From positions 3,456,001-3,520,000 of the forward strand of contig CBDETY010000003.1 of NCBI GenBank assembly GCA_965243025.1: 64,000 bases of DNA, written 5' to 3'. Positions 46,052-56,296 of the stretch are shown here, piece by piece. The position numbers and the translations under genes were made by a program. The notes below the pieces were generated by a model. That model was given only the letters and a program-made list of their open reading frames with translations. It searched no databases and was not told the origin of the DNA. Source of the stretch: Candidatus Latescibacterota bacterium (GTDB lineage Bacteria; Latescibacterota; UBA2968; UBA8231). The stretch's first letter is position 1. Each line of letters opens with the position of its first letter.

Positions 46052-47383
46052 CTACTGGGTGTACTGAGTTACATTGGCGATGCCGCCAGGTTGGGTCAGC
46101 GCGTAAACTATCAGATTGACCCCGAACTGCAGGCCGCGCTCTCTCGCATCGGCGTTGGGGTCCCCCCAATACCAACTGATGTTCAGGTCACTGAAAACCA
46201 CCGCGACCCGACCTCGAAGTTCAAGCATTTCAAGGTCGAATACGTTTCCCCCTGGAGCCCCACCCATCGGGGGACCGTCCTCAAAATCGAAAAAGCTGTA
46301 GTAGAGATCATGGTCCTTCGGAATTTTCTGCCATTTGCTGCCATCGCTTCCGAGTACCACGGGGTCCGACATCAGCGCCTTGAATTGCCGGTCGAAAAGA
46401 GTCCCCTGAACGCCGGCATTTTTATTGTCAAGACCGGTTTCCGGATCGGCCTGACGGATCTCTTCTGCAAAAAGAAAACCGCCATTCTTCAGGTACTCAC
46501 CGAGGTTTTCCTTCTCCGTGTTGGTAAATTGAAATACCGCATTGTTACCGGTCAGATAGATAAATGGCGCTTTCATCACGGTGGGATCACTGAGCCGTAA
46601 AGTAGTACCTTCGATACGTGCATTCACACGCGAGTGGTCGCGTATATAACGCATCAATTCCTCTACGGCGGTCGGAAAGCGATCAACACTTTTGTCGGCC
46701 AGATCGTAGTCGACCACCGTCATGTTGAAAAAGCCTTTGATGTTTCGCTTGTTGTCCGGATCCTGAATGAGGATCGCTTGGAAACGACCAAAGTCGAGAT
46801 CTCCGACGTTCAGCAGTTCCTGCTTCAGGCTCATGGCTTCCTGTACTGGTGCTGCAGTTTCGGTCAACTCGATCATTTCGACCTGGTCGAAGGCGAGTTC
46901 CTCTGCTTTTGCTCCACTGAAAGCCCCCAGAACCTGAGTGCCGGGCAAAACCGCGCCAAGGAGATCGCTTCCCACTGAGCTGACATCGACGATTGCGGAA
47001 ATATCTTCAGGTGCTTGCATTGCCTGGGAGAGCAACATCTCCATCTGGACTTCAGATATTTCCGGCTGTTTCGCGAGATCGAAGTTTTTCTGCAAAATGG
47101 GAGGGGGAGCCTGGAAGTAGATCAACTTTTCTTCCTCTTCTACCACCGTAAGCTGCATGTAGTAGGCGACTCCCCAAGCTCCGGCGTGGACAATCACGGA
47201 TAGAATCAGGGCGGCATTCAGGCCCAGGCGGCGTCCCGTCGTAGCTTTCCATAGCGCCATCAGGAGTACTGCAAGGGCGGCCGCGCCCACGGCGAACGCG
47301 AACCATTTCGAGATGATGAGCAGCAGGTGAATCAGTACTGCTACCCCGAAAATCGCGTATAGCTGTTTTTTTCGTTCGTCCAA
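46052..47383 (-). CDS. DUF4159 domain protein with N-terminal TonB-like membrane anchor
   Basis: TM with SVIVH (SxxxH); C-terminal PFIYLTG, ENLGEYLKNGGFLFAE, QFGVNLIVYALT. Confidence 0.75.
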   Translation of the reverse strand: MDERKKQLYAIFGVAVLIHLLLIISKWFAFAVGAAALAVLLMALWKATTGRRLGLNAALILSVIVHAGAWGVAYYMQLTVVEEEEKLIYFQAPPPILQKNFDLAKQPEISEVQMEMLLSQAMQAPEDISAIVDVSSVGSDLLGAVLPGTQVLGAFSGAKAEELAFDQVEMIELTETAAPVQEAMSLKQELLNVGDLDFGRFQAILIQDPDNKRNIKGFFNMTVVDYDLADKSVDRFPTAVEELMRYIRDHSRVNARIEGTTLRLSDPTVMKAPFIYLTGNNAVFQFTNTEKENLGEYLKNGGFLFAEEIRQADPETGLDNKNAGVQGTLFDRQFKALMSDPVVLGSDGSKWQKIPKDHDLYYSFFDFEDGPPMGGAPGGNVFDLEMLELRGRVAVVFSDLNISWYWGDPNADARERGLQFGVNLIVYALTQPGGIANVTQYTQ

Positions 47384-47436
47384 AGTAATTCAGTCCTCAG
47401 CTCGGTGTTTGGCTCCGGTTTGCTCTACTCAGACGA

Positions 47437-47856
47437 CTATTTCCCGCGTCCTCTCTGCGGCTCCGTCGCAATCACTTGATCGACAATGCCTACCTGTCTG
47501 GCAATATCCATGATCTGAACGATCTGGCCGTGGGTAGCCCGTTCGTCACCTTGGATAATGATCAAGGTGGTGTTATCCAGCAGAGTCCTCTTGGCCTGCA
47601 GTTCCTCTTTGAGATTGGCAAATGTAACGCTCTTGTGGTTGAGCTTCATATTGCCATCCTGATCGACTACAATGAAGAGGTTTTCCTTCTCGGGAGCCTG
47701 AGACTCCTCTGCCTCCGGCAACTTGATGTCCAGACCAGGGGTGATTGCGAACACCGCCGTTACCATGAAGAAGATGAGAAGCTGGAACACCACATCGATC
47801 ATCGGTGTGAGGTCGGGCTTCTCGTCCTGACTTCCACGCTTTTGGACGGCTGCCAT
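47437..47856 (-). CDS. exbD: ExbD/TolR family biopolymer transport protein
   Basis: LTPMIDVVFQLLIFFMV; IQGDERATHGQIVQIMD. Confidence 0.92.
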   Translation of the reverse strand: MAAVQKRGSQDEKPDLTPMIDVVFQLLIFFMVTAVFAITPGLDIKLPEAEESQAPEKENLFIVVDQDGNMKLNHKSVTFANLKEELQAKRTLLDNTTLIIIQGDERATHGQIVQIMDIARQVGIVDQVIATEPQRGRGK

Positions 47857-47902
47857 CTTTCCTTGTCCCTCCCTACCTGATTATGAATGCAAGAATGCCC
47901 GC

Positions 47903-48556
47903 TCAGGCAGCTTGCGAGGACTGCCAACGACGAAGCAACGCGTCGACGAAGCCGTGTCCGTAAGCTTCGAACTGGACGTACCTGCTGTCGGCACGAGTGC
48001 TGAAGTAGGTGTAAATGGCGATCGAGGGCACGGCAATTACCAAGCCGGTAACCGTGGTGATCAGCGCTTCTGATATACCCGCTGCAACGATGGTCGGCTC
48101 ACCGAGACCCTTTTCCGCAATTCCCTCAAATGCCCGGATCATTCCGTTCACCGTTCCAAGCAATCCCAGCAGCACCACGGAGTTTGCAACGAACTGAATA
48201 ACCGACAAGTAGCGCTCCAGATAGCCAAGGGCGGCGCGCTCGACGGTACCGTTCATTTCCGCTCGCATTTCTTCCATTGTGCGCTGTTCTCTCGAAAGGT
48301 GCTCGAAGCGCTCGATACCTTCCAGGAAAACCTCACCTTCCAGCTTGCCCACCTCGCCGCAGTGCTCCCGCAACTGATCGAAACTAGTCCCCGAATCAAT
48401 TCGGGTATTCATGTCGTTGGTTGCCTCAGCCAGCTCTTCTTCGCTACGCATCCGCGAATACGTCCAAATCCTTTCAAGGAAGAACCCCACAGCCATAATC
48501 GACCAAAGGCCCAGCGGATACATGAAAGGTCCACCATCGCGAAAGAAATCTAACAT
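47903..48556 (-). CDS. exbB: MotA/TolQ/ExbB proton channel protein
   Basis: GGPFMYPL, LGLLGTVNGMIRAF, GISEALITTVTGLVIAVP. Confidence 0.9.
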   Translation of the reverse strand: MLDFFRDGGPFMYPLGLWSIMAVGFFLERIWTYSRMRSEEELAEATNDMNTRIDSGTSFDQLREHCGEVGKLEGEVFLEGIERFEHLSREQRTMEEMRAEMNGTVERAALGYLERYLSVIQFVANSVVLLGLLGTVNGMIRAFEGIAEKGLGEPTIVAAGISEALITTVTGLVIAVPSIAIYTYFSTRADSRYVQFEAYGHGFVDALLRRWQSSQAA

Positions 48557-48595
48557 GTGCTACAATCCTCCCTGTTAGAGCTGCAGGCTGGAAAG

Positions 48596-51500
48596 CTATA
48601 TGACGCGAGCTTCTTCCAGAGCTTGCAGCTGCTGCTTTGAAAAATCAACTTGAGGTGAGAATCTCGCCGCTTCGCTATACTTTTCCACCACTGTTTTGAA
48701 AACGTCCGCTGCCTTTCGATAGTCTTCCTGGGCCATGTAAGCGGCACCGATGTTGACGGCCGCGTTCACGGCTTGATCGCTTTCCGGATACTTATCCAGA
48801 ACCTGCTGGAAAATCTGGATTGCCTCAACATACTGTTCCTTGTCGAACAGCTTCTCCCCTTCCGCGTAGACGTTGTAAGCGTCGATCTCCGAGAGGTGAC
48901 CGAGAAGGACTGTTGCTTTTCGACGCAACTTCTTGTCTTCGTCCTTCTTCAGACGGTCATCGGGATAAATCTCCAGAAACCTCTGGTAACTCTCGGTCGC
49001 TTTATCGTAGACTTTCTCACTGTAGTAGAAATCGCCGAGCGTGAACTGACTTTTTGGACCGTAGTAACCGTCGGGATGTTTGTCCACGATCCGTTCGAAT
49101 ATCGGCAAGGCCTCTTCCTTTCGGCCCAAATGAATCAGAGCCCACGCCTTGTTGTAGAGGGCGTCATCCACGTATTCCGATCTCGAATACCGACTCAGGA
49201 CGCGGTCGTATTTCCCCATCGCTTCTGAAAAGATCTTGTTCTTTTCCTCCCTCATCAGACCTTGGGCCAGGTTGAAAACCGCTTCTCCTGACCGGAACAG
49301 AGCTTCCGGGGCAAAGCGGGACGTTGGATAGCTCTTGGCCAGCTGATCGAATGCAGTGCTCGCTTCACGCCATTTCCCCATGCGGTAACTCGCCCAGGCA
49401 TCGTAGTAGTGAGCGTATACCGCTTTCTCATCGTCCGGATAAGTCTGGTGGTATTTCCGGAAGGCTTCCACCATCAAAGGAAGGTACTGGACGTTGCCCC
49501 CTCCTGACAGTGAGTTATAGGCCACACCAATCTGGAACTGAGCATTCCTGGCCCAGCCAATTTGAGGATAATTGTCGATGATGGTTTGGTATGTGGCGAT
49601 CGCCTGCTCGAGGTTTCCCGAGCGGAAAAAGCTGTTTGCCTGCACGAACAGCGCATTTGAAATGCTTTCGACATCGACGGCAAGATCGATGAGCTGTTGT
49701 GATGCCTGGATGCTACGATCGTATTGCTCCAATCTGAAATACGCGCTTGCCAGACGGATCAGCACACGCACCTTGTCTTCTTCGGATTGCAGCTTCTCCA
49801 GCATGTTTTCATAGGTGCGTATCGCATCTTGCGGATCTTGTTTCTCAGCCATCGAAATCAGCTGCAGTTGAGCATTGCGCGCCAGCGTCTCATCTCCTGA
49901 ATCGATGACCTTGTTCAGCAGTTCAGTGGCTTCGTCATCCTTGCCTTGAGCAGACAACGAGAGCGCCATGGAGAACTCCACCTTCAGAACCATTGTTTCC
50001 GGAAGGTCGGATTCAAGAAGCCACATGTAGTCCGCGACTGCGTTGGTGTATCGATTGGCGTAATGATAGGCAAGGCCGCGGCCATAATGTGCATCCCGTA
50101 CGACCCCGGCTTCCGGGTATTCCTCGATTACCTTCGTGTACCTTGAAATGGCGTCGACGTAGTTTTTGTTGTTCAGGTCCAACTGGGCGATCTGGTAGTG
50201 AGCGGTGGCTTCGAGATCGCGATCTCCGCTAACTCCCGCCAACAACTCGCTCAGAAGTTCTTTGCCCTGCTCCGGCCGCCCTTCTCCGATATGGATATTT
50301 GCCGCTTCGACCAACGATGCAACGTATACTTCTCGCGCTTTCCGTCCCACCCGCGAAAAAGCTGCAATAGCTTCCTCAAGTCTCCCAGCTTGTTTATAGA
50401 GGATCCCCAAGCCATAATTCCCGTCTGCCGCATGTTTTGTGTCACCGTAGTTTTCAGCGATCGTCTCATAGGCTGAAATTGCTTCCTCAAAGCGCTGTTG
50501 CTCGGTGTTTACCCGCCCGATTCGCAACAGACATAGCGGTGCCTGATTGGATCTCGGAAAACTCTCGACGACCTCTGTATAAAGGCTCTGAGCCTCTTCA
50601 TAATCCCCCAGTTTTTCCGACGACCATCCTGCACTGTAGAGCGCCTGAGCGCGAAGCGAAGTTTCGCTGTCGGGGTAATTCTGCGTCACGAGCCGGTATT
50701 CGGTGCGAGCCTCCTCGTAACTCCCAGCGAAGTAACGCGCTTCTCCCTTCTGATACTGGGCGTTGGCTGGATAAGGGGTATCGCCATAAAGGGTGATCAC
50801 CTGGTTGTAAGTGTTCCAGGCATCGTCAAAGCGCTCCCATTCCATATAGTTATCGCCAAGGCGCATCTGCACTTTTGCCTTGTAGAACCGTTCCTCCGCT
50901 GTTTCCTGAGCGGAAATCAACTCTCTATAGGCTTCCTCGAATTCTCCCTGTTTTCGGTAGATTTCAGCAACCCGCAAGGATGACGTTTCAAACAACTGCC
51001 TGTAATTTTCAAAATCGACATTCTTGCCTTCGCGAAAAGACCCACGGAGCAATTCGTACATTCGGTCGTACAAATCACGCACCTCTCGATACGCTTCAAT
51101 CGCTTCGTTCGGCCGATCCATCTCGTCAAATGCCTGTGCTTTCAAGTATGTCGCTGAAGCAATTACAGGACTTAGCGGATAGCGGTCGAGTACAGCCTGA
51201 GCTTCGTCCACCGAGCGCTGGTACTCAGCTTTTTCATAGTAACAGGAAGCGATGCGAAACTGAGAGTCCGGGGCATACCGGTCCTCGGGATACCTCTCCA
51301 GCATGCTTGTCAGGGTAGTGATGGACTGATCATAGGACTCGAGGTTGAACTCGCTCCAACCGGCGTAGAACAGAGACTCTCCAGCCAATTTCGAGTCGGG
51401 AAACATCTCGACATAGCGCTTGTACTCATCTGCGGCCTTGTCGAATTCTTTCTGGAGGAAACGAGTTTCCGCAACACGGAATTGGACGAGCTGTCTGAAA

Positions 51501-51847
51501 TCTTCTGCTACTCCTGTCTGCTCGGTAACCTGGTGGAAGGCGTCAACAGCCTTTTCATGTGAGCCGCTTCGCATGTGAGCGTTACCGAGCTGATACCAGG
51601 CGGCTGCCAGTATCGGCAACTCCAGTTCATCTCCGAAACTTACAACTACACTGTCGGTTCGAACCGCCCGGCTGTTGAACTTGACGATCTTGCTGTACTC
51701 GATTATCGCGCCTTCGTACTCGCCGAGGGCATATAGTGATTGGCCCGCGTCGAATTTTGTTTTCAGGCTCTGAGGAACGGGTAGGAAGAGGCTAGTTCCC
51801 ACTCCGAGCCCCAAGACGATCAGTCCCAACCAAACCGTCATGACCAA
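48596..51847 (-). CDS. very long TPR protein (BamD/CpoB-like repeats) with N-terminal membrane anchor
   Basis: Many A-x-Y/F-x2-G...YP repeats across 1083 aa; N-terminal hydrophobic segment. Confidence 0.9.
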   Translation of the reverse strand: MVMTVWLGLIVLGLGVGTSLFLPVPQSLKTKFDAGQSLYALGEYEGAIIEYSKIVKFNSRAVRTDSVVVSFGDELELPILAAAWYQLGNAHMRSGSHEKAVDAFHQVTEQTGVAEDFRQLVQFRVAETRFLQKEFDKAADEYKRYVEMFPDSKLAGESLFYAGWSEFNLESYDQSITTLTSMLERYPEDRYAPDSQFRIASCYYEKAEYQRSVDEAQAVLDRYPLSPVIASATYLKAQAFDEMDRPNEAIEAYREVRDLYDRMYELLRGSFREGKNVDFENYRQLFETSSLRVAEIYRKQGEFEEAYRELISAQETAEERFYKAKVQMRLGDNYMEWERFDDAWNTYNQVITLYGDTPYPANAQYQKGEARYFAGSYEEARTEYRLVTQNYPDSETSLRAQALYSAGWSSEKLGDYEEAQSLYTEVVESFPRSNQAPLCLLRIGRVNTEQQRFEEAISAYETIAENYGDTKHAADGNYGLGILYKQAGRLEEAIAAFSRVGRKAREVYVASLVEAANIHIGEGRPEQGKELLSELLAGVSGDRDLEATAHYQIAQLDLNNKNYVDAISRYTKVIEEYPEAGVVRDAHYGRGLAYHYANRYTNAVADYMWLLESDLPETMVLKVEFSMALSLSAQGKDDEATELLNKVIDSGDETLARNAQLQLISMAEKQDPQDAIRTYENMLEKLQSEEDKVRVLIRLASAYFRLEQYDRSIQASQQLIDLAVDVESISNALFVQANSFFRSGNLEQAIATYQTIIDNYPQIGWARNAQFQIGVAYNSLSGGGNVQYLPLMVEAFRKYHQTYPDDEKAVYAHYYDAWASYRMGKWREASTAFDQLAKSYPTSRFAPEALFRSGEAVFNLAQGLMREEKNKIFSEAMGKYDRVLSRYSRSEYVDDALYNKAWALIHLGRKEEALPIFERIVDKHPDGYYGPKSQFTLGDFYYSEKVYDKATESYQRFLEIYPDDRLKKDEDKKLRRKATVLLGHLSEIDAYNVYAEGEKLFDKEQYVEAIQIFQQVLDKYPESDQAVNAAVNIGAAYMAQEDYRKAADVFKTVVEKYSEAARFSPQVDFSKQQLQALEEARVI

Positions 51848-51893
51848 AACTCCTTGCCGGTTGTTCTACGCACAGAAGAAATGGGGTTAGGGG

Positions 51894-52829
51894 TTACAGC
51901 TTGTAAGAAATGGAGAAGCGGTGCGACCCATTGGTTTCGGTCAGGTCGAGCGGGATATGGTAGCCGTAGTCGAACAGCATTTTGTTCCACTGGTACCCGA
52001 GACCGGCATTGAGATCCCCACTGACATCCTCCTCAAGAACCCGGCTACCTCCGGCTCGCAACATCAGCCCTTCAACCAGGACGGTTTCGCCGCCGAGCAC
52101 CAGGCTCCTCTCAGTTTCCCCACCCAGATCGCGCATGACCCACTGGACCGAAACCATTGAGGTTTCCGCCACTGGGGCGGCTATCCCGACGTGCACATCC
52201 ATAGGCAACTTTCCGGCATCAGGATCGCCCGGAACGGATGTCTTTGCCACGTTCGGTTGGTTCAGGTTCTTCAACAGCACCCCCAGATTCGCCCCCCGCA
52301 ACGGCGACTTCCACAGCACGCCGATATCGACGCCCGGGGCTCCATTGCTGGTGTTCGACAGCGGATCAGCTCCCATAACCGGGTCGTCTGGAATGTCCCC
52401 GACGCTCCAGAACAGGTACTTCGCGGTCAAACCCAGGGACAAATTGCGGTTCAGTTGGTAAGAAAGGCCGAAGAATGCCCCGTTCTCACTCATCAGATCG
52501 GAGCCAATACGTTCATAGCCCAGACCCAGAGCCAGCTTTTCCCCCATAGGCTGGACAAAACTGGAGATGTGCTGCCCCAGATTGTCGCCGTCAATCCCGC
52601 CGAACAGCAGAGACACGTTGGTGTAGGCCAACTGACGGCTCTCGACCTGGGTCAGCCCCGCGGGGTTGGCGAATACCGCGTCGCCGTTGTCCGCTACCGC
52701 CGCAAAAGCGTTGCCCAGCGATGCCGAGCGTGCTCCCGCGCCGATATTCTGGATGTTCACAACTGCGTGCGCTGTGGTCGCCAAGGCCGTTATGGCGCTG
52801 GCGATTGCGAAAAAACGCCCTGCCTTCAT
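51894..52829 (-). CDS. PorV/PorQ-like (T9SS-associated, FadL-fold) outer-membrane beta-barrel
   Basis: Signal peptide; GAGARSASLGNAFAAVAD..AVFANPAGL; C-terminal FDYGY...GSHRFSISYKL. Confidence 0.78.
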   Translation of the reverse strand: MKAGRFFAIASAITALATTAHAVVNIQNIGAGARSASLGNAFAAVADNGDAVFANPAGLTQVESRQLAYTNVSLLFGGIDGDNLGQHISSFVQPMGEKLALGLGYERIGSDLMSENGAFFGLSYQLNRNLSLGLTAKYLFWSVGDIPDDPVMGADPLSNTSNGAPGVDIGVLWKSPLRGANLGVLLKNLNQPNVAKTSVPGDPDAGKLPMDVHVGIAAPVAETSMVSVQWVMRDLGGETERSLVLGGETVLVEGLMLRAGGSRVLEEDVSGDLNAGLGYQWNKMLFDYGYHIPLDLTETNGSHRFSISYKL

Positions 52830-52859
52830 GAGCTCGATCCTCCTTGTGGTATTTCCCTG

Positions 52860-53639
52860 TTACTTGCTCGCAGTCTCGATTACAGGCTCGGCATCGCCGT
52901 ACCTGCGCCCGATGTCTCGTTCAAAACCGTAGGTGATATCGACCGCCTCGACCGGTTCATTCCGGTAGTCGAACCTCAGAACGCAATCGTGAACGATGAC
53001 ATTTATCTCGCGAACATCCGGGTGAAGTGCAGGAAAGATTACGAATCCTTCCTTCTCCTGTCCGCTGAAGATCTCTTCGTTCTTGAACATGGTGCGGTTC
53101 AGCAGATCCATCCGCTCCTGGTAACGGTTGTACTCATTACCGCGATACCCGATAGCATAGGCTCGGTAGTAGGTGTCCATCTGCTGTTTCCCGAGACTCC
53201 AGTACTCCCGGTTGTTCGATGCGACGAGCTGAACCCTTGCGGGATCAATCTTCACCTTCGGATAGGCGTAATTCTTGACGCTGAGGCGAAACACCGTAAA
53301 CCGGGTTCGCTCCTGCTCCCCTTCCCAGAACTTGGTATTCCCGTAGGTGTAGGGATTGGTGGACTTCGGTCCCGAATTCGAATGGGAAGCAAACTGCCGG
53401 TTGAGTTCCTCGTCGGTCATGGGGCGAAGCCTGACCTCGAGGCGATCCTGCGTGAAGGTGATACTGCCGTCGTCAGCGACACTCATCGCGCTCTGCTGGC
53501 TTTCGGCAGGTCGCAAGGGTGTGGCGTAGTGATAGTATCCACATGCCACCAAACCCACCGAAACGAGAGCAATTGCTGCGGAGTTAAGGAAGCGGGTTTT
53601 TTGCCGTGCTTTCGGTCCCAAATCCGGTCTCGCGAACAT
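52860..53639 (-). CDS. lipoprotein of unknown function
   Basis: Lipobox LVAC after a hydrophobic stretch; beta-sandwich-like FRLSVKN and EGFVIFP. Confidence 0.65.
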   Translation of the reverse strand: MFARPDLGPKARQKTRFLNSAAIALVSVGLVACGYYHYATPLRPAESQQSAMSVADDGSITFTQDRLEVRLRPMTDEELNRQFASHSNSGPKSTNPYTYGNTKFWEGEQERTRFTVFRLSVKNYAYPKVKIDPARVQLVASNNREYWSLGKQQMDTYYRAYAIGYRGNEYNRYQERMDLLNRTMFKNEEIFSGQEKEGFVIFPALHPDVREINVIVHDCVLRFDYRNEPVEAVDITYGFERDIGRRYGDAEPVIETASK

Positions 53640-53766
53640 GATCGAACGGACTCCCTAGTTGAGATCCTGTGCCTGCCCGGAGCCGATTTCCACGGTGCCC
53701 CGGGTTGTCCGAGATAAATACGAAAGAACCTTCAGCCGATGCAACTCCGCCGTAAGATAGTTCATT

Positions 53767-54687
53767 TCACGGGCGGATGGAAGCTTTTATTTGACCCCAC
53801 GACTTATCCACAATTGCGGTTTCTGCGGCCCCGCCGAGACCAACCAACTCAAGGTCGCTGAACCTCTCGGACAGCCGGAAGGCATTGTGCCCGCCACTCA
53901 GAGACCACTTGGCGTCGTAGAGTTCGGAGTGGGTGTCGAAATCGTTGAACTCCGCGTTGAATCCGAGCACCTCCCCTTCGCGTAAGTCGTGTTCCACACT
54001 GAGGAAAGAAGCTCCGACATCGATCCTGTCAAATGGGGTCAGCGCCAGTTCATAGGCGACGACCCCGGGGCTTGTCACAACCACCGCGGCCTTGGTGAAC
54101 TCCCCATCCGGTTCTGAATACCACCCCGCAGCCGAGAAATTGACGAAAAAATCGCCATCCGGGGGCGGGGGGCCGGACAGGATGAAGTGGTTTGCCTCAG
54201 TGCCGTTCAGACGCAACTGCTCCTCCTCGCTCAACTCCGAAAAATCCGCGAATTGACCGCCCGAATGATCGGCATCCAGGAAAATCTCCAGATCGTCGTC
54301 CTGGAATATCAGAGCCGGAGGGGTCCCCTCGGGACGATCAACCTGATGCACATCATCCACGACCACTGCACTTATATATAATTGATTAGAAGCGTCGTTC
54401 CAACCTACGCAGAGTGTGGTTCGGAAATCTGAGGGGTCCACCACAGCCCCGCTGACAAGATCTGTAAGCTGTTCTGTTGACACGCAAAAGTCGGAATCCA
54501 CAATTCCCCAATCCGACAGGTCGCCGTCGACCACAGGTATGAGATGGTCGGAAAAGTGAAATGCCCGCATGCTGACTCCGGGAGGTTGGTGAGCAATCGC
54601 CACCGAAACGGCTTCAGGTGTGCAGACCGCAACCGTAACCAAGGCAAGAAAACTCATCGCCGGCTTGCGGGTTTCAGCATCGACCAA
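53767..54687 (-). CDS. exported CBM9/DOMON-like protein with C-terminal SWGQIK motif
   Basis: VDGDLSDW, VGWND..NQLYI..VVDD, DDLEIFLDADHSGG; ends TAIVDKSWGQIKASIRP; paralog of 3186..4064; alternative ATG at 54657. Confidence 0.72.
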   Translation of the reverse strand: MVDAETRKPAMSFLALVTVAVCTPEAVSVAIAHQPPGVSMRAFHFSDHLIPVVDGDLSDWGIVDSDFCVSTEQLTDLVSGAVVDPSDFRTTLCVGWNDASNQLYISAVVVDDVHQVDRPEGTPPALIFQDDDLEIFLDADHSGGQFADFSELSEEEQLRLNGTEANHFILSGPPPPDGDFFVNFSAAGWYSEPDGEFTKAAVVVTSPGVVAYELALTPFDRIDVGASFLSVEHDLREGEVLGFNAEFNDFDTHSELYDAKWSLSGGHNAFRLSERFSDLELVGLGGAAETAIVDKSWGQIKASIRP

Positions 54688-54692
54688 GGACT

Positions 54693-55556
54693 CTATTCTT
54701 TCTCCTCCGTCCCGGAAACACCCTCATCCTGCATCTCGCCGCTCTCGTCGTGGAAGCGAATCAGCTTGATGTCGTGCAGTCCGATTCCGAAATCCCCGGT
54801 GCCGGACCTGCCGGAAAAGGCCGAGCCCACTCGCTTCTCGTAAATGCGGTTGGTTTCTCCGGCCAATCGCACGGTGCTGGCATCGACCGTGCCCTGGGTG
54901 GTGCGCCCGGTGCGGAATGTGACGGTCACGGTCCGGGATTCGGTTCCGGCTGCGGCCTTCGCGAAATCGAGCCGGCTTATCCTTGCCATCTCCTTTGAGC
55001 GCATTTTCAAACCCTGGAAATACTCGAACCGCCGCTTTCCGCGAAATCGGAGGTTGGAGACTTCGAAGCGTTCACCCGCCTCGTTGATGACCGTGGCCTT
55101 GAGTTCGACCTGAGGCCGGGCGGGGTCGGAGTGATGGAACAGTACGTCGCTGACCTCCGACATCAGGATCAGAAAAGGGCCGAGTTCCGTGACCCCACCA
55201 AAACGCTGCATCACGGAACCCCCGCCGAAACTGTCCTGATGAGGGGAGCTTCCGCTGCCGCCGGAAAAAACGGTGGCGTTGACCACTTCACCGGTTCGCA
55301 GGGTCACGGCAACCTGTTGCTCTTCGTCGTTCTTGTCGCCTTGCATTGTCAGCCGGTCGAGATCCTGCATTTTGAGGATGCGACGATGGTTGCCTACGTA
55401 GATCTCTATATCGTCGCCGCCCTGGTATGTGAGCCTGGAAACTTCGTGGCGGTTTCCGGCTCGATCCACGACGGTGGCTACGATGTCGGACTGTTGCGCT
55501 TCGACTGAACAAACAGCCGCCCCCGAGATTGCGATCAGTGCGGAAAGGATCTTCAT
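54693..55556 (-). CDS. exported protein with two tandem homologous domains
   Basis: Signal peptide; ATVVDRAGNRHEVSRL and ATVINEAGERFEVSNL repeats. Confidence 0.7.
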   Translation of the reverse strand: MKILSALIAISGAAVCSVEAQQSDIVATVVDRAGNRHEVSRLTYQGGDDIEIYVGNHRRILKMQDLDRLTMQGDKNDEEQQVAVTLRTGEVVNATVFSGGSGSSPHQDSFGGGSVMQRFGGVTELGPFLILMSEVSDVLFHHSDPARPQVELKATVINEAGERFEVSNLRFRGKRRFEYFQGLKMRSKEMARISRLDFAKAAAGTESRTVTVTFRTGRTTQGTVDASTVRLAGETNRIYEKRVGSAFSGRSGTGDFGIGLHDIKLIRFHDESGEMQDEGVSGTEEKE

Positions 55557-55621
55557 GGTTTATTCTCTGGCAAGTTGCGCTGATTCTGTTTCAGCATCCC
55601 CGTCATGACAATCGGTGCGGG

Positions 55622-56296
55622 CTACTCGATTCCGCCCTCCTCCTCGAGCTGCTGCGACTCGGTTTCGATGTTTATGTGAGTTATTCCGCCGTAGGTTACC
55701 TCTACCGGCCGGAACTCGTCGAGTCCGCTCGGTGAATTTTCGATACGCACCTTGTACGACCTTCCCGCCGGGACTATGAAATAACGAATCTCGGAGGAGG
55801 TCATTCCCTTGCCCAGAACAGTACGCATGTTGTAGTCCATGATGAGGAAGGGGATCTGTCGCCCCAAGTCCTCACCTCCGGTGAACCTGACAGAGAATCG
55901 CCCGAGGTTGACGGGGACATACTTCTCCTCTCCCAATCCGATTTCGACGTTCCGAATCTCCACATTGTCGTCGATGTCGGTATTGACGACGACCGTGTAG
56001 AGTCCCGGCGGAATATCGCACATCAACCGGAATTCCTGAGCACCCATCTCGTAATAAGCCGGGGAACTCGCCGAAAGACGGGGTGTATCGGAATACACCT
56101 CTTCATCGGTGTCCTGATCGATGACGTAGAAATTCAACTCGTTGATACCGCCAGCATCCAGAATAAGTCTACCCATCCCCTCCGGAATCGGTGCAGGACC
56201 ACCTCCCCCTCCGGAAGTAGTCGCACACCCGGTTGCGAGCAGGCAGCAGACGAGCAGTTGTAAAGCTATACGGTGAATTTCTCTTGATTTTGCCAC
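55622..56296 (-). CDS. lipoprotein of unknown function
   Basis: AGGAG upstream; lipobox ATGC followed by a Gly/Pro linker; PPGLYTV and PAGRSYKV beta-domain motifs. Confidence 0.68.
   Translation of the reverse strand: MAKSREIHRIALQLLVCCLLATGCATTSGGGGGPAPIPEGMGRLILDAGGINELNFYVIDQDTDEEVYSDTPRLSASSPAYYEMGAQEFRLMCDIPPGLYTVVVNTDIDDNVEIRNVEIGLGEEKYVPVNLGRFSVRFTGGEDLGRQIPFLIMDYNMRTVLGKGMTSSEIRYFIVPAGRSYKVRIENSPSGLDEFRPVEVTYGGITHINIETESQQLEEEGGIE

Noticed and set aside
47437-48556. Tol-Pal or flagellar MotAB assignment
   Set aside because: No tolA, tolB or pal; the small subunit lacks an OmpA-like peptidoglycan-binding domain; the FlgD- and FlgT-like domains here are not in a flagellar context
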